A DNA stretch of 64,000 bases from a bacterium. GTDB taxonomy: Bacteria; UBA8248. Location: NCBI GenBank assembly GCA_963692865.2, contig OY843592.1, positions 1,792,001-1,856,000 of the forward strand. The letters are read 5' to 3'. The notes beneath the pieces were generated by a model, which saw only the letters and a program-made list of their open reading frames with translations, was not told where the DNA came from and made no database searches. The translations under genes and the position numbers were made by a program. This document shows, piece after piece, positions 9,610 through 20,171 of this stretch; positions within the stretch are counted from its first letter, which is position 1; every line of letters starts with the position of its first letter.

Positions 9610-10992
9610 ATGGTCGACCAAAGCCTGCGCGGCTTCCTGGAGATGGTGGAGCGCAACCACCCCGAAGAACTCGTGCGCATCAAGGAGCCCGTCGGGAGGG
9701 AGGACATCACGCCCACGGTGTTCGAGTTCGAGCGCGTGGGCAGATACCCCGTCATCATCTTCGATCGCGTGGAGGGCTTCGAGGGTTCTGTCGTCACCAA
9801 CATCGCGGGCAACCGGAAGCTCCTGGCGGCGTGTCTGGAAGTGGAGCCGGGCGATCTGCCGACGGCGTACAAGGATCGCTGCCAGAACTACCTGCCCGTG
9901 GAGGTGGTGGACGAAGCCCCCTGGCGCGAAGTCGTCATCGAAGAAGACGATGTGGACCTGAACAAACTCCCCATCCCCTTCCATTTCCCAGTGGATGCGG
10001 CCCCCTACATCACGGCGGGCCAGATCGTGGCGCGCGACCCCGAGACGGGCGTGGACACGACAGGCTTTCACCGCTTGCAGCTCAAGGGAAAGAACAGGCT
10101 GGGCGTCTCACTGCACTCAAGGCGGCGCATGTACCATTTCCACAAAAAGGCCGAAGATGCGGGTAAGCCCCTGCCGGCAGCGGTCGTCATCGGCATCCAC
10201 CCGGTGCACTACATGGGTTCGATGGCGTATCACTACCCGCCCGGCGTGCGGAAATACGAGGTCATCGGCGCCTTGTTCGGCGAGCCGTACCGCGTCGCAA
10301 GATGCGGGGCGGCGGACCTGGAAGCCCCAGAGGGGGCGGAGATCGTTCTGGAAGGGGAGATTCTGAACGAAGTCCGTGAGGAGGAGGGCCCCTTCAGCGA
10401 GTTCACCGGCTATGCGTCCTACCGCAGCACGCAGAACGTGTTCGTCGTAAAACGCGTGCAGATGCGCGCGGACGCCATGCTCCACAGCGTGGCCTCGGGC
10501 ATGTCGGCGGACCATATTCTCATCTCATGCGTGAGCCGCGAGGCGGAGATTCTCAACACGCTCAGGCGCAACCTGCCGGGCGTCACCGCCGTGCACGTGC
10601 CCTCGAACACGGCGGGCGCGCTTCTGGCGATCGTCCAGATGAAAAAGACGGCCGAGGGCCAGCCGCAGCAGGCCATCATGGCGGCGCTGGGCACCGAGTT
10701 CTATTGCAAGTGCGTGGTCGTCGTCGATGAGGACGTGGACATCTTCAACCTCTCCGACGTCGCCTGGGCGGTCATCACGAGGACGCGCGCGGATAAGGAC
10801 ATCAACTTCATCCACGGGGCGATGGGCGCCATCCTGGATCCGACCTCGGACCCCGTGGATCACACCTTGACGAAGGTGGGCATCGACGCCACCAAGCCCG
10901 CGGGCCGTGATTTCGCGGAGCGGCTCTACATCACCGATGAGCAGCGCGAGCGCGTGCGCGGCATACTCGATAGCGCGGGCATCCGCCTGTAG
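9610..10992 (+). CDS. UbiD-family (prFMN) decarboxylase
   Basis: 'LPIPFHFPVDAAPYITAG', 'EEGPFSEFTGY', 'VVVVDEDVDI', 'KVGIDAT'. Confidence 0.9.
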   Translation: MVDQSLRGFLEMVERNHPEELVRIKEPVGREDITPTVFEFERVGRYPVIIFDRVEGFEGSVVTNIAGNRKLLAACLEVEPGDLPTAYKDRCQNYLPVEVVDEAPWREVVIEEDDVDLNKLPIPFHFPVDAAPYITAGQIVARDPETGVDTTGFHRLQLKGKNRLGVSLHSRRRMYHFHKKAEDAGKPLPAAVVIGIHPVHYMGSMAYHYPPGVRKYEVIGALFGEPYRVARCGAADLEAPEGAEIVLEGEILNEVREEEGPFSEFTGYASYRSTQNVFVVKRVQMRADAMLHSVASGMSADHILISCVSREAEILNTLRRNLPGVTAVHVPSNTAGALLAIVQMKKTAEGQPQQAIMAALGTEFYCKCVVVVDEDVDIFNLSDVAWAVITRTRADKDINFIHGAMGAILDPTSDPVDHTLTKVGIDATKPAGRDFAERLYITDEQRERVRGILDSAGIRL

Positions 10993-11000
10993 GCCTCAAA

Positions 11001-11963
11001 GTGGCGGATAGAAGAGTAAAACTCGGCGTGCTTCTCCCCACGCGCGGGGTATTGCTCTGGAACGACGGCGTCCCTGAGGTGGGCCCCGTCATCGACCTGG
11101 CCGTGCGCGCGGAAGAGCTCGGCTACGATTCGGTGTTCGTGGGCGATTCGGTGCTCGCCAAGCCGAGGCTCGAGGCGCTCAGCGTGCTCTCCGCCGTGGC
11201 GGTGAGAACCGAGCGCGTGAAGCTCGGCACCGCCGTCTTTCTGCCGTGTCTCAGGGACCCCGTATTCCTCGCCTATCAGGTGGCGACGCTCGACGTCATC
11301 TCGGGCGGCCGCGTGATTTTGGGCGTGGGCATCGGCCCGCCCAAGCCCCAGGAATGCGAGCATGAGTTCGAGACCCTGGGCGTGCCGTTCCGAAAGCGCA
11401 TGTTCTACATGCAGGAGCACATGACGCTCATGCGCAGGCTCTGGACGGAGGAGGAAGTAACCTTCGAGGGCAGGTATTACCAGGTCGAGAACGTCACGCT
11501 CGCCCACAAGCCGATCCAGAAAACCGTGCCCATGTGGATCGCTTCCGCCGTTGTGGACTCCGCGTGGCAGAGGGTGGCGAAGTATGGAGACGGGTGGTTC
11601 CCCAACCGCGTAACGCCAGAGGAGTTCCGCGACACCTGGGGGAAGATTACACGTTTAGCCTGTGAGAACGGTCGCGACCCGGGCACGCCCGCATGGTACA
11701 TGACCACCTGCATCGACGATGACAAGGAATCGGCCATGAAAAACAGCGAGGCGTTCCTGCTCGATTACTATTACACCCCGTTCTGGGGCGATTCAATCGA
11801 GAAATGGGGTACCTACGGCCCAGCCGTTGACCTGATAGAGCGCATCAACGCCTTCATCGATGCAGGGGTGGAGCACATCTCCCTGCGCTTCACCCACCGA
11901 GATCAGATGGGCCAGATCGAGCGCTTCACGGAAGAAGTGCTGCCGCACCTGAACCTGGAGTAG
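11001..11963 (+). CDS. LLM-class flavin-dependent oxidoreductase (paralog of 3435..4403)
   Basis: Shares 'LLPTRGV' and 'GDSVLAKPR' with the 3435 gene. Confidence 0.9.
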   Translation: MADRRVKLGVLLPTRGVLLWNDGVPEVGPVIDLAVRAEELGYDSVFVGDSVLAKPRLEALSVLSAVAVRTERVKLGTAVFLPCLRDPVFLAYQVATLDVISGGRVILGVGIGPPKPQECEHEFETLGVPFRKRMFYMQEHMTLMRRLWTEEEVTFEGRYYQVENVTLAHKPIQKTVPMWIASAVVDSAWQRVAKYGDGWFPNRVTPEEFRDTWGKITRLACENGRDPGTPAWYMTTCIDDDKESAMKNSEAFLLDYYYTPFWGDSIEKWGTYGPAVDLIERINAFIDAGVEHISLRFTHRDQMGQIERFTEEVLPHLNLE

Positions 11964-12077
11964 GGCGGGTTTTCACCGAACCCCGCCACTGTCCGGCAAA
12001 GGAATAACAGGGGATGCCTGTTCCATCATTCGCGAAATACCCTATAAAAACTCTGCCATCCGTAAATTAAAAAATCC

Positions 12078-12351
12078 GTAGGGTCAGACATATATGTCTG
12101 ACCCCCTGTGGTCGCCCTTAACCGGACAGGCACGGGGGCCTGTCCCTACGGTCGCAATTTGGAGGATGATGGCATTGTAGGGGTCGATGGGGTTGTTACC
12201 ACCCCAACCGAGAATGTTCACCGTCATTCCGGCGAAAGCCGGAATGACGACCCCTCAGCGTCGGCGAAACCCACAACCACTCCCCCCTTGAGGGTCATTT
12301 CCGACCAATGAGGGAGGGTATCGCACTGGACAGGTCGCGACCTGTCCCTAC
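12078..12351. repeat. Mosaic of REP-like palindromes
   Basis: GTAGGGTCAGACATATATGTCTGACCC; GGACAGGCACGGGGGCCTGTCCCTAC; GTCATTCCGGCGAAAGCCGGAATGAC; CTCCCCCCTTGAGGG; GGACAGGTCGCGACCTGTCCCTAC, between convergent genes. Confidence 0.8.
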
Positions 12352-12353
12352 AG

Positions 12354-13682
12354 CTAGAATTCAGCGTCCTCGGCGCCCGGAATCCGGAGAGAACGGAAAT
12401 GGCCCTCCAACTCGCCGAGCGGAGCCGTGGCGTCCAGGCCCATCTTCGCCGTTACGCCGCTCTGGGCCGAGGGGTCGAGACGGCTGCCCCACGCGCCCGG
12501 AACGACGAACAAATCCTTATCCGCCTGAAAGCGCGTGGCCAGCGCCCAGTCGACTTGCGCCGGGTTGTGGATATCGATGTCGTGATCCACGCAGATGGCG
12601 TGCTTGACGTCGTAATGCGCGGCGAGCGCCGCCATGAGCGCGCTTTTCGCCTCCCCCTCGCTGGTTTTCCGTATCTGGACGGCGCAGTGAAAACGGCCCG
12701 CGCCTGAGAGGGGAAGCACGACATCCGTTACGGCCGGGACGGCTTTCTGGAGGTCTCTTAAGAGTCCCGCCTCTCTCGGCACCGCGCCCATCAGCAGGTG
12801 ATCGTAGCCCGCCGCCACGATGGAATAGAAAACGGGATTCTCGCGCATGGCGATGGATTTCACCCGGAACACTTCGCGTTCTCCCGCCGGGCTGTAATAG
12901 CGCGGAAACTCGCCGAAGGGCCCCTCGCGCCTGCGCTCATCGGGCGGTATTTCCCCCTCGATCACGATTTCAGCGCCCGCGGGCACGGGAATCCCCGACC
13001 AGGGGGCGGGGGCGACGTCCACGGCGCGGCCCCGCAATCCGCCCGCCGCTTCCAGTTCATCCTCCCCGGGCGCGAGAACGAGTTGGCTTGCCATCAGGAG
13101 CAGGGGGTCGAGACCCACGCAGACGGCCGCCTTGAGGGGCTCTCCGCGTTCCCCGGCGCGCCTGATCATGCCCTTCAGGTGGCGCGGCAGAACGAGCAGG
13201 CCGAACAGGTCGGGCTCCAGGGCGTGCATCCTGTGAATCGAGACGTTGCCCGCCCCGGAATCGGGGTCCTGCGCGATGAAAACGCCGGCGGAAATGTAGG
13301 GGCCGCCGTCCAGTTCGTGGTAGGTGGGCAGGGGGAGAATTTTCCGGACGTCGATCTCTTTCGTGATGACGTTGCGTAAAAACGGCGCATCAGTAACCAG
13401 ATTCGGCTTTATCTTGATTTCCTGTCTGCGCTGAACCTCGCGGAGCAACTCACCGGGCGCGACCCCCATGGCGTCTGCGTACCAGTCTCTTCTGCAGGCG
13501 ATGTTGGCGGCGACGGGCATCGGCGCGCCATCGGCTCGCTCGAAAAGGAGGGCGGTCTGGCCGTCCGCTTTTTGCGACAAGGCGGCGAGTTCATGGCGGA
13601 GCGATACGCTGCGCGATACGCGCTTGAGCGATCCCCGCTCTTCGAGATGCGCGAGCCAGGTTTTCAGATCGTGAGCGTTCAT
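12354..13682 (-). CDS. UbiD-family decarboxylase
   Basis: 'LPTYHELDGGPYISAG', 'EGPFGEFPRYY', 'KMGLDAT'; start placed at MNAHDLKTW. Confidence 0.9.
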   Translation of the reverse strand: MNAHDLKTWLAHLEERGSLKRVSRSVSLRHELAALSQKADGQTALLFERADGAPMPVAANIACRRDWYADAMGVAPGELLREVQRRQEIKIKPNLVTDAPFLRNVITKEIDVRKILPLPTYHELDGGPYISAGVFIAQDPDSGAGNVSIHRMHALEPDLFGLLVLPRHLKGMIRRAGERGEPLKAAVCVGLDPLLLMASQLVLAPGEDELEAAGGLRGRAVDVAPAPWSGIPVPAGAEIVIEGEIPPDERRREGPFGEFPRYYSPAGEREVFRVKSIAMRENPVFYSIVAAGYDHLLMGAVPREAGLLRDLQKAVPAVTDVVLPLSGAGRFHCAVQIRKTSEGEAKSALMAALAAHYDVKHAICVDHDIDIHNPAQVDWALATRFQADKDLFVVPGAWGSRLDPSAQSGVTAKMGLDATAPLGELEGHFRSLRIPGAEDAEF

Positions 13683-13741
13683 GCGCGTATGATGGCAAAT
13701 GGAGGGATGAGCGTCAAAAGCGCAGGGGCGCTCCGGTGTTG

Positions 13742-14629
13742 TTACGTCATCAGAGTTTCCCTCAGCATGGCGAGGTAATCGCCTGCGTAGGGAGGCAGGT
13801 AGACGTCGTTTCTCCGGAAAAGGCCGATGCGCTTTTTCCCGAAGAGGTGGGATAAGTTGGCGGTTCGCCATCCGTTAGCGGTCTCGGGCCGGGGCCAGAG
13901 CGCGTTGACGATAGCGATGCCCGCCCCGTTCAAGACGGCTTCATTGATCAGGGTGTAGGAGGACGTCTCGAAGACGACGTTGATGGATAATCCCTGCTTC
14001 TCGAAGGTTTGCTCGATGTGCTGGCGGTCCGCCGTGCCGCGTTCGAGCAGGATGAGCGGATGCGCGGCGATGCCCTCAAAAGTGATTTTCTCCTCCTTGA
14101 GGACGGCGTGCTCCTCGGGACAGAAGAGGAGATAGTCCGTCTCCGTCCATTCTTCGAAGGAGAAATTCCCCCGCGCCACGGGCGCCGAGCCGAACGCGAA
14201 ATCGACCGCGCCCTCCGATACGTGCTCGAGTAGATTCGTCCAGTTTCGCTCCAGCACGGATATCTGGACGTTCGGGTAGCGTTCGCGGAACTTGAGGAAG
14301 GCGGCCCTGTGGCCCTTGAGGATGAGCATGGGGGCGGCTTCGGCCACGACGAGCCGCCCATGCGTCTCCCCGCGCAGGTGCCGCTCGACCGCATCGAGGG
14401 ACTCGAAGAAAGGTTTTATGGCGTCGAAGAGATACTCTCCGCTCGGCGTCAACTGAAACTTGCGGCCGACGATCCGGTAGAGCTTCACCTTGAGATCCGC
14501 TTCGAGCGCCTTCACCCGGATGCTGAGGGCAGGCTGCTGGATGGAGAAGGGCAGTTGCCTCGCCGCGCTGGTGAAGCCGCCGTGTTTCGCCACGTAGTAG
14601 AAGTATTCGAGTTGTCTTAAATTCAACAT
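13742..14629 (-). CDS. LysR-family transcriptional regulator
   Basis: 'LNLRQLEYFYYVAKHGGFTSAARQL...QPALSIRVKALE' HTH; divergent from the 14945 operon. Confidence 0.92.
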   Translation of the reverse strand: MLNLRQLEYFYYVAKHGGFTSAARQLPFSIQQPALSIRVKALEADLKVKLYRIVGRKFQLTPSGEYLFDAIKPFFESLDAVERHLRGETHGRLVVAEAAPMLILKGHRAAFLKFRERYPNVQISVLERNWTNLLEHVSEGAVDFAFGSAPVARGNFSFEEWTETDYLLFCPEEHAVLKEEKITFEGIAAHPLILLERGTADRQHIEQTFEKQGLSINVVFETSSYTLINEAVLNGAGIAIVNALWPRPETANGWRTANLSHLFGKKRIGLFRRNDVYLPPYAGDYLAMLRETLMT

Positions 14630-14944
14630 GAAAACCTCGTGAAATCATTTGCCGTGATGCCCGTCATTCCATTGTGGAATTTGATGGTTCGGAGCTATGC
14701 TCTGCGGACTCGTTTTGTCATATTTCTCTCGTAAATAGGATACAAGGAAGAAAAACGATCTTCCAGGGAGCGAGAAAATTATATGGAATATCCATTAAAT
14801 AATTCAATAGATTCGATTCTTTTTTTCCCCGTTGCGTATCCGCCGTCTTGCGTTTAATCTGCAAGCGGGGACATCTATTTTTTCGGGTGCCGACATAAGA
14901 GTTTCAGCACGTCGTGAACAAGGGGCGAACCCCGCCCCGCTGTA
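14630..14944. promoter_or_regulatory. AT-rich divergent promoter region with candidate LysR box
   Basis: ATTAAATAATTCAAT at 14794-14808 fits T-N11-A with ATT/AAT dyad. Confidence 0.4.
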
Positions 14945-15910
14945 ATGGAGAAAGACGTGACGCAGGATTATCTTTCGCTCAGGGAACAGACCCAGGCGCG
15001 GGACCGCAGCCTAAGAGACAAGGTGATGACGCTCGAGGAGGCCTGTGATTTCGTGAATGATGGCGAACACGTCAGCTTGGGCGGCTCCACGGCTTCGAGA
15101 ACCCCCTTCGCCATGGTTTGGGCGCTCATACGCGCGAGGAAGAAGAATCTATCCTTCTCGCGGAGCATCGTCTCCACCGAGGGCGACCTCATATTCGCTT
15201 CGGGTATCGGGAATCACATTCTCACGAGTTGGTTCAGCCAGGGAATCGTCTGGGGCGTCTCGCGCGTGATGCGGCATTTCACCGAGAACAGGCTGGCGCG
15301 TTTCGAGGAGTGGAGCCACATGTCCATCGGACTGCGCTTCAGGGCGGGCGCGATGGGCGTTCCGTTCATGCCGATGCGCTCGATGATGGGCTCCGACGTG
15401 GCGGGGCAACTCGATAATCTAGAAGAAATGACCTGTCCCTTCACGGGCGAGAAAATCCTCCTCGTTCCGGCTCTCAATCCAGACGTCGCGCTGATCCACG
15501 TTCAAAGGTGCGACCCCTACGGCAACGCGCAGCTCGACGGCCTGACGTTCATGGATATCGACATGGCCATGGCGGCGAATCGCGTCATCATTACCACCGA
15601 GCGAATCATCTCGAACGATCAGATCCGCAGAAGGCCCGATCAGACGAGAATCCCCTTCTTCACCGTCGACGCGGTGGTGGAGGCGCCCTACGGCTGCGCG
15701 CCGCATGAATGCTTCGGCGTCTATGAGCCTCTGTTCTCGCACATGGACTATTACGCCGAACTCACGAGGAAAGAGCCGATGGAGGGCGTGAAGACGTATC
15801 TGGATGAATACTGCTACGCGCCGAAGAACTGGACGGAGTATCTGAATCTCATCGGCCTGGATAAGCTGCTGGATGCGGCCCGCAGGGGGAGGAGCATTTA
15901 TGACGATTGA
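14945..15910 (+). CDS. Family I CoA-transferase alpha subunit (GctA-like)
   Basis: 'RFRAGAMGVPFMP', 'CPFTGEKILLVPALNPDVALIHVQRCDPYGN', 'VDAVVEAPYGCAP'. Confidence 0.88.
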   Translation: MEKDVTQDYLSLREQTQARDRSLRDKVMTLEEACDFVNDGEHVSLGGSTASRTPFAMVWALIRARKKNLSFSRSIVSTEGDLIFASGIGNHILTSWFSQGIVWGVSRVMRHFTENRLARFEEWSHMSIGLRFRAGAMGVPFMPMRSMMGSDVAGQLDNLEEMTCPFTGEKILLVPALNPDVALIHVQRCDPYGNAQLDGLTFMDIDMAMAANRVIITTERIISNDQIRRRPDQTRIPFFTVDAVVEAPYGCAPHECFGVYEPLFSHMDYYAELTRKEPMEGVKTYLDEYCYAPKNWTEYLNLIGLDKLLDAARRGRSIYDD

Positions 15911-16673
15911 GACGAAAGACTTCACGGCGTCGGAGCTTTTGTGCGTCATGAGCGCGCGCGCGCTCGAGGACGGGCAGGTGGTTTTCGCGGGCGTGGGGAT
16001 TCCGCTTCTGGCCGCCACGCTGGCCCAGCGCCTCCATGCCCCGGGCGTGACGATTCTCTTCGAGGGCGGCACCATCGGCCCCCACGTAGTACCCGGCCAG
16101 CTTCCGCCCACCACGAACGAGCAGCGCTGCACGCGAAAGGCGAACATGCTGGTGAGCATCACCGAGGTGCTGCTCCTGCTGCAGCGCGGCTACGTGGACG
16201 TGGGCTTCATGGGGGGCGCCCAGATCGATCAGTACGGCAACCTGAACAGCTCCTTCATCGGAAGCGCGGACGACCCTTCCGTTCGGCTGCCCGGCACGGG
16301 CGGGGGGAACGACATTTCGAGCCTCACCAGGATGATCGTGGCGATGCCGCAGGAAAAGCGCCGCTTCGTGGAGAACGTGGATTTCATCACCAGCCCCGGC
16401 TACATCCGGGGCGGAACGTCGAGGCGCGACTCGGGCCTGATAGCCGGCGGCATGTACCGCGTTGTCACGGATCTCGCGATTCTGGGATTCGATGACGACA
16501 CGGGCCGGATGCGCGTCGAGGCTCTGCACCCGGGCGTCACGCCCGAGCAGGCGCAGGAGAACACGGGCTTTGAACTCATCATGGATTCCTCGGTGGGAAC
16601 CACGGAGCTGCCCAGGGAAGAGGAGTTGGCCGCGCTTCGCAATCTGGACCCGGACAAGGTATACACCGCATAA
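15900..16673 (+). CDS. Family I CoA-transferase beta subunit (GctB-like)
   Basis: 'FAGVGIP', catalytic 'LFEGG', 'GGAQIDQYGNLNSS', 'LPGTGGGND'. Confidence 0.88.
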   Translation: MTIETKDFTASELLCVMSARALEDGQVVFAGVGIPLLAATLAQRLHAPGVTILFEGGTIGPHVVPGQLPPTTNEQRCTRKANMLVSITEVLLLLQRGYVDVGFMGGAQIDQYGNLNSSFIGSADDPSVRLPGTGGGNDISSLTRMIVAMPQEKRRFVENVDFITSPGYIRGGTSRRDSGLIAGGMYRVVTDLAILGFDDDTGRMRVEALHPGVTPEQAQENTGFELIMDSSVGTTELPREEELAALRNLDPDKVYTA

Positions 16674-16688
16674 CCACATGGAGCCGCC

Positions 16689-17960
16689 ATGAGCGCCGAG
16701 AACAGAGAAAAAATTCTGGCCCAGGTCGACGCCCACCGGGACGAGATTATCGCCCTGCTCACCAGACTCGTTCAGATACCGAGCGTGACGGGGGATGAGG
16801 GGGAAATACAAGCCTACATCGCGGACTTCCTCCGCGAGATGAACCTCGACGAGGTGGACGTCTGGGAATCGGACTGGGAGGAGATCAAGAAACACCCTGA
16901 ATACGTGCCCGTCACCAGAGGGTACGAGGGGAGGCCGAACGTGGTCGGCGTGCTCAAAGGTTCAGGCGGAGGCAGGTCGCTCCTGCTGAACGGCCACACC
17001 GACACCGTCCCCAACGGCCCGCCCGACGCCTGGGAGCACGGGCCGCTCTCCGCGGACATCGAGGCCGGCCGCCTCTACGGGCGCGGCGCCTCGGACATGA
17101 AGAGCGGGGTGGCGGCCATCATCATGGCGGCCAAATGCTTCATGGCGGCGGGTCTCAGGCCCAGGGGCGACGTGATTCTCGATTTCGTCGTGGATGAGGA
17201 GTTGAGCGGTCACGGCACGCTCGACACCATTTTGCGCGGCTATACGGCGGATGCAGGCATATGCTGCGAGACGAGCGGCAACGCCATCCAGCCCGGCTGC
17301 ATCGGGAGAATCTGGTTCGAAATACTCGTTCGGGGCAAGGCGGCGGGCATCCAGCGAAGGTATCAGGGCGTCAACGCCATCGACCTGGGCTACAAGATCG
17401 TTCAGGCGGTGGCCGATCTGGAGAAAAAACGCCTGGAGACGGTATCCCATCCCCTGTATCCCAAAATCATCGACGCGATTCCCTGCATGGTCGGCTCGAT
17501 GGAAGCGGGGAGTTTCCCGAGCGCCTTCCCGGATACCTGCGTGCTCAAGGGGAGTCTCGCCACCGTGCCGGGCGAGGATCACGACGCGGCCAAACAAAGC
17601 CTGGTCGATCAGGTGGCGCAGGCGTCGCAGGATGATCCCTGGATGAAGGATCACCCCCCGGAGGTGCGTTTCGTGGGGTATTACGCCGAGTCTGCGGCGG
17701 TGGACGCCGATCATCCAATCGTCAAGACGGTGGCGAACGCCTACCAGGAAGTCTCGGGCAACACCCCTGAAATTTCCGGGCGTCAGGGAGCGGCGGATAC
17801 GCGTTTTCTGAACGGTTTCGCCGGCATCCCGACGGTCATCTTCGGCCCGGGGCCCACCACCCAGATGCACGCGAACAACGAGTGGGTGGCGGTGGAGGAC
17901 GTGATCGACGCGACGAAAACGCTGGCCCTCTCCATCCTGGATTGGTGCGGAACGGAATAA
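16689..17960 (+). CDS. M20 ArgE/DapE-family amidohydrolase
   Basis: 'LLLNGHTDTV', 'YGRGASDMKSG', 'VDEE', 'FGPG...HANNE'. Confidence 0.9.
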   Translation: MSAENREKILAQVDAHRDEIIALLTRLVQIPSVTGDEGEIQAYIADFLREMNLDEVDVWESDWEEIKKHPEYVPVTRGYEGRPNVVGVLKGSGGGRSLLLNGHTDTVPNGPPDAWEHGPLSADIEAGRLYGRGASDMKSGVAAIIMAAKCFMAAGLRPRGDVILDFVVDEELSGHGTLDTILRGYTADAGICCETSGNAIQPGCIGRIWFEILVRGKAAGIQRRYQGVNAIDLGYKIVQAVADLEKKRLETVSHPLYPKIIDAIPCMVGSMEAGSFPSAFPDTCVLKGSLATVPGEDHDAAKQSLVDQVAQASQDDPWMKDHPPEVRFVGYYAESAAVDADHPIVKTVANAYQEVSGNTPEISGRQGAADTRFLNGFAGIPTVIFGPGPTTQMHANNEWVAVEDVIDATKTLALSILDWCGTE

Positions 17961-17977
17961 AACCTAAGGGAATCGAC

Positions 17978-18934
17978 ATGCGAGGAAAAGACGTCAAGTA
18001 CGGAATCGCCATGCGGAATTTCACCGCATATCCCGAACTCCCCGACCCGGAGGCGCTCATCGAATACGGCGTCGCCATGGAGGAGTTGGGTTTCGAATCC
18101 CTGTGGGTGTGGGACCACATTCTGCTGGGCGTGGAGCCGCACTTTCCCATCATCGAGTCGCTGACGCTCCTGACGGCGGTGGCCGCGCGCACGAGCAGAA
18201 TCAAGCTCGGCACGGGCGTTCTCGTCTTGCCGCTCAGAAACCCGCTCGTCGTCGCCAAACAACTCTCCAGCATCGACCAGATATCGAACGGCCGCCTCAT
18301 CGTCGGCATGGCGTCGGGCTGGTATAAGCGCGAGTTCGACGCGGTGGGCGTTCCTTTCGAGAAACGCGGCGCCATCATGGATCAGAACATCGAGATCATC
18401 ACGAGGCTCTGGACCGAGGACATGGTGCGCGCCGAATACGGACAGTACAATCTGAGAAATTCGGTCATGTTCCCCAAGCCCGTGCAAAGCCCGAGGCCGA
18501 GCATCCTCATCGGGGGCTACGTCGACCGCGTGTTAAAGCGCGCAGGCGAAAAGGGCGACGGCTGGCTCACCTATTTTTATACGCCGGAGAGCTTCACGAA
18601 GTCCTGGGAGAAGGTGTGCCGCTTCGCGGAGGAGGCCGGTCGCGACCCCGTCGCGCTCGAAAGCACGAACCAGCTTCCCATCATGGTGGGCGATTCGCGC
18701 GCGGATATCGAAGAGCCGATGAACGAATGGCTCCACACGGAGTGGGACTACGCCTCCTGGAGCGAGTCCACGGCCGAGAGCGCCGTCATGGGAAACGTCG
18801 AAGAGTGCGTGGCGCAGTTGCAGGCTCACATCGACACCGGGGTGGACCGGCTCATTTTCGTTCCCTACAAATACGAGAAAGAACAGGTGGAAATCGTGGC
18901 GAGGGAAATCATCCCTCGTCTGAGAGCGGGGTAG
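17978..18934 (+). CDS. LLM-class flavin-dependent oxidoreductase
   Basis: 'GFESLWVWDH', 'RTSRIKLGTGVLVLPLRNP', 'KGDGW'. Confidence 0.9.
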   Translation: MRGKDVKYGIAMRNFTAYPELPDPEALIEYGVAMEELGFESLWVWDHILLGVEPHFPIIESLTLLTAVAARTSRIKLGTGVLVLPLRNPLVVAKQLSSIDQISNGRLIVGMASGWYKREFDAVGVPFEKRGAIMDQNIEIITRLWTEDMVRAEYGQYNLRNSVMFPKPVQSPRPSILIGGYVDRVLKRAGEKGDGWLTYFYTPESFTKSWEKVCRFAEEAGRDPVALESTNQLPIMVGDSRADIEEPMNEWLHTEWDYASWSESTAESAVMGNVEECVAQLQAHIDTGVDRLIFVPYKYEKEQVEIVAREIIPRLRAG

Positions 18935-19094
18935 GGTGAGGGAGGCGTGTATTGCCCCTTTGTCATGACGATTCGGGCATGGAGGAGGCGCTACAAGACG
19001 GCGTCGAAGGGAACAGAGAGATGATGCTCCAGAAATTCAGGTACTCATGGGAGATCATCGAATAAGGGATTTCCATCCTTTTCAGGATATACAA

Positions 19095-20150
19095 ATGGGC
19101 ATTCAGAGAAGAGCCTGGGATTCTTACAGACGCTATTCGGAAAACATTTTCGACGCCATCGGCGGTACGCCTCTCGTGCGTTTGAACAAGATAGGGGCGG
19201 AAGTGGAGCCCGAGGTCTACGTGAAGCTCGAGTGGTACTCGCCCTCGGGGAGCCTGAAGGATCGCATCTACTACAACATGATCCTGAACGCGGAGGAACG
19301 CGGTGACCTAAGCACCGGCATGACGGTGCTCGAATGCTCCACCGGCAACGCAGGCATCGCATGCGCGTTCGTATCCGCGGTGAAGGGTTATTCCTGCGTC
19401 GTCGTCATGCCCGAGGGTATGAGCGATGAGCGCAAAAAACTCATGCGCGCCTACGGGGCCGATTTGGTGTTTACGCCGGGTGGGGAGAGCGACGTCGATC
19501 TCGCGCTCGAAAAACTCGAAGAAATCCGCGCGGCTTCGCCGGAAAAATACTGGGTTCCCGCCCAGTTCGACAACCTGGACAACAACGAGGCGCACTACCT
19601 CACGACCGGCCCTGAGATTTTCGAGCAGTTGGACGGGCGCGTCGACGCCGTCGTGGCGTCGCAGGGAACGGGCGGCTGGGTGAGCGGCGTGGGGAAATTT
19701 CTGCGCGAGGACAACCCGGACGTGAAGCTCTACGCCGTGGAGCCTCAGGAATGCCCCCTCCTGAGCGAGCGGGGCTGGGGGCCGCACGGCATCGAGGGCA
19801 TCGGGGACGGTTTCGTGCCCAAGGCGCTCGACCTCTCCTTGCTTACGGGCATCGTGACGACGACGACGGATGAATCGGTGGAAATGGCGCAGCGCCTGGC
19901 GCGCGAGGAGGGGATTTTCTGCGGCATCTCCTCGGGCTGCAACGTGGCGGCCGCCCTGAAGCTGGCCACCAGGCACCCCGAACTGCAAAACATCGTCACG
20001 AACATCAACGACACGGGACAGCGCTATTTCACCACCGCTTTGTGCGGAGAGGAAAAACACGTCGAGATTCCCGAGCGTGAGCATCACGTGGACCCATACA
20101 GTGCGGCGCAACTCGATCGATATTCGAGTGAATGGGAAATCATCACCTAG
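19095..20150 (+). CDS. PLP-dependent cysteine synthase-family protein (start may be 19047)
   Basis: 'IGGTPLVRL', 'SGSLKDR' PLP lysine, 'STGNAG', 'GTGG', 'IEGIG', 'GISSG'. Confidence 0.88.
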   Translation: MGIQRRAWDSYRRYSENIFDAIGGTPLVRLNKIGAEVEPEVYVKLEWYSPSGSLKDRIYYNMILNAEERGDLSTGMTVLECSTGNAGIACAFVSAVKGYSCVVVMPEGMSDERKKLMRAYGADLVFTPGGESDVDLALEKLEEIRAASPEKYWVPAQFDNLDNNEAHYLTTGPEIFEQLDGRVDAVVASQGTGGWVSGVGKFLREDNPDVKLYAVEPQECPLLSERGWGPHGIEGIGDGFVPKALDLSLLTGIVTTTTDESVEMAQRLAREEGIFCGISSGCNVAAALKLATRHPELQNIVTNINDTGQRYFTTALCGEEKHVEIPEREHHVDPYSAAQLDRYSSEWEIIT

Positions 20151-20171
20151 CATCCACCGCGGGTAGGACAG

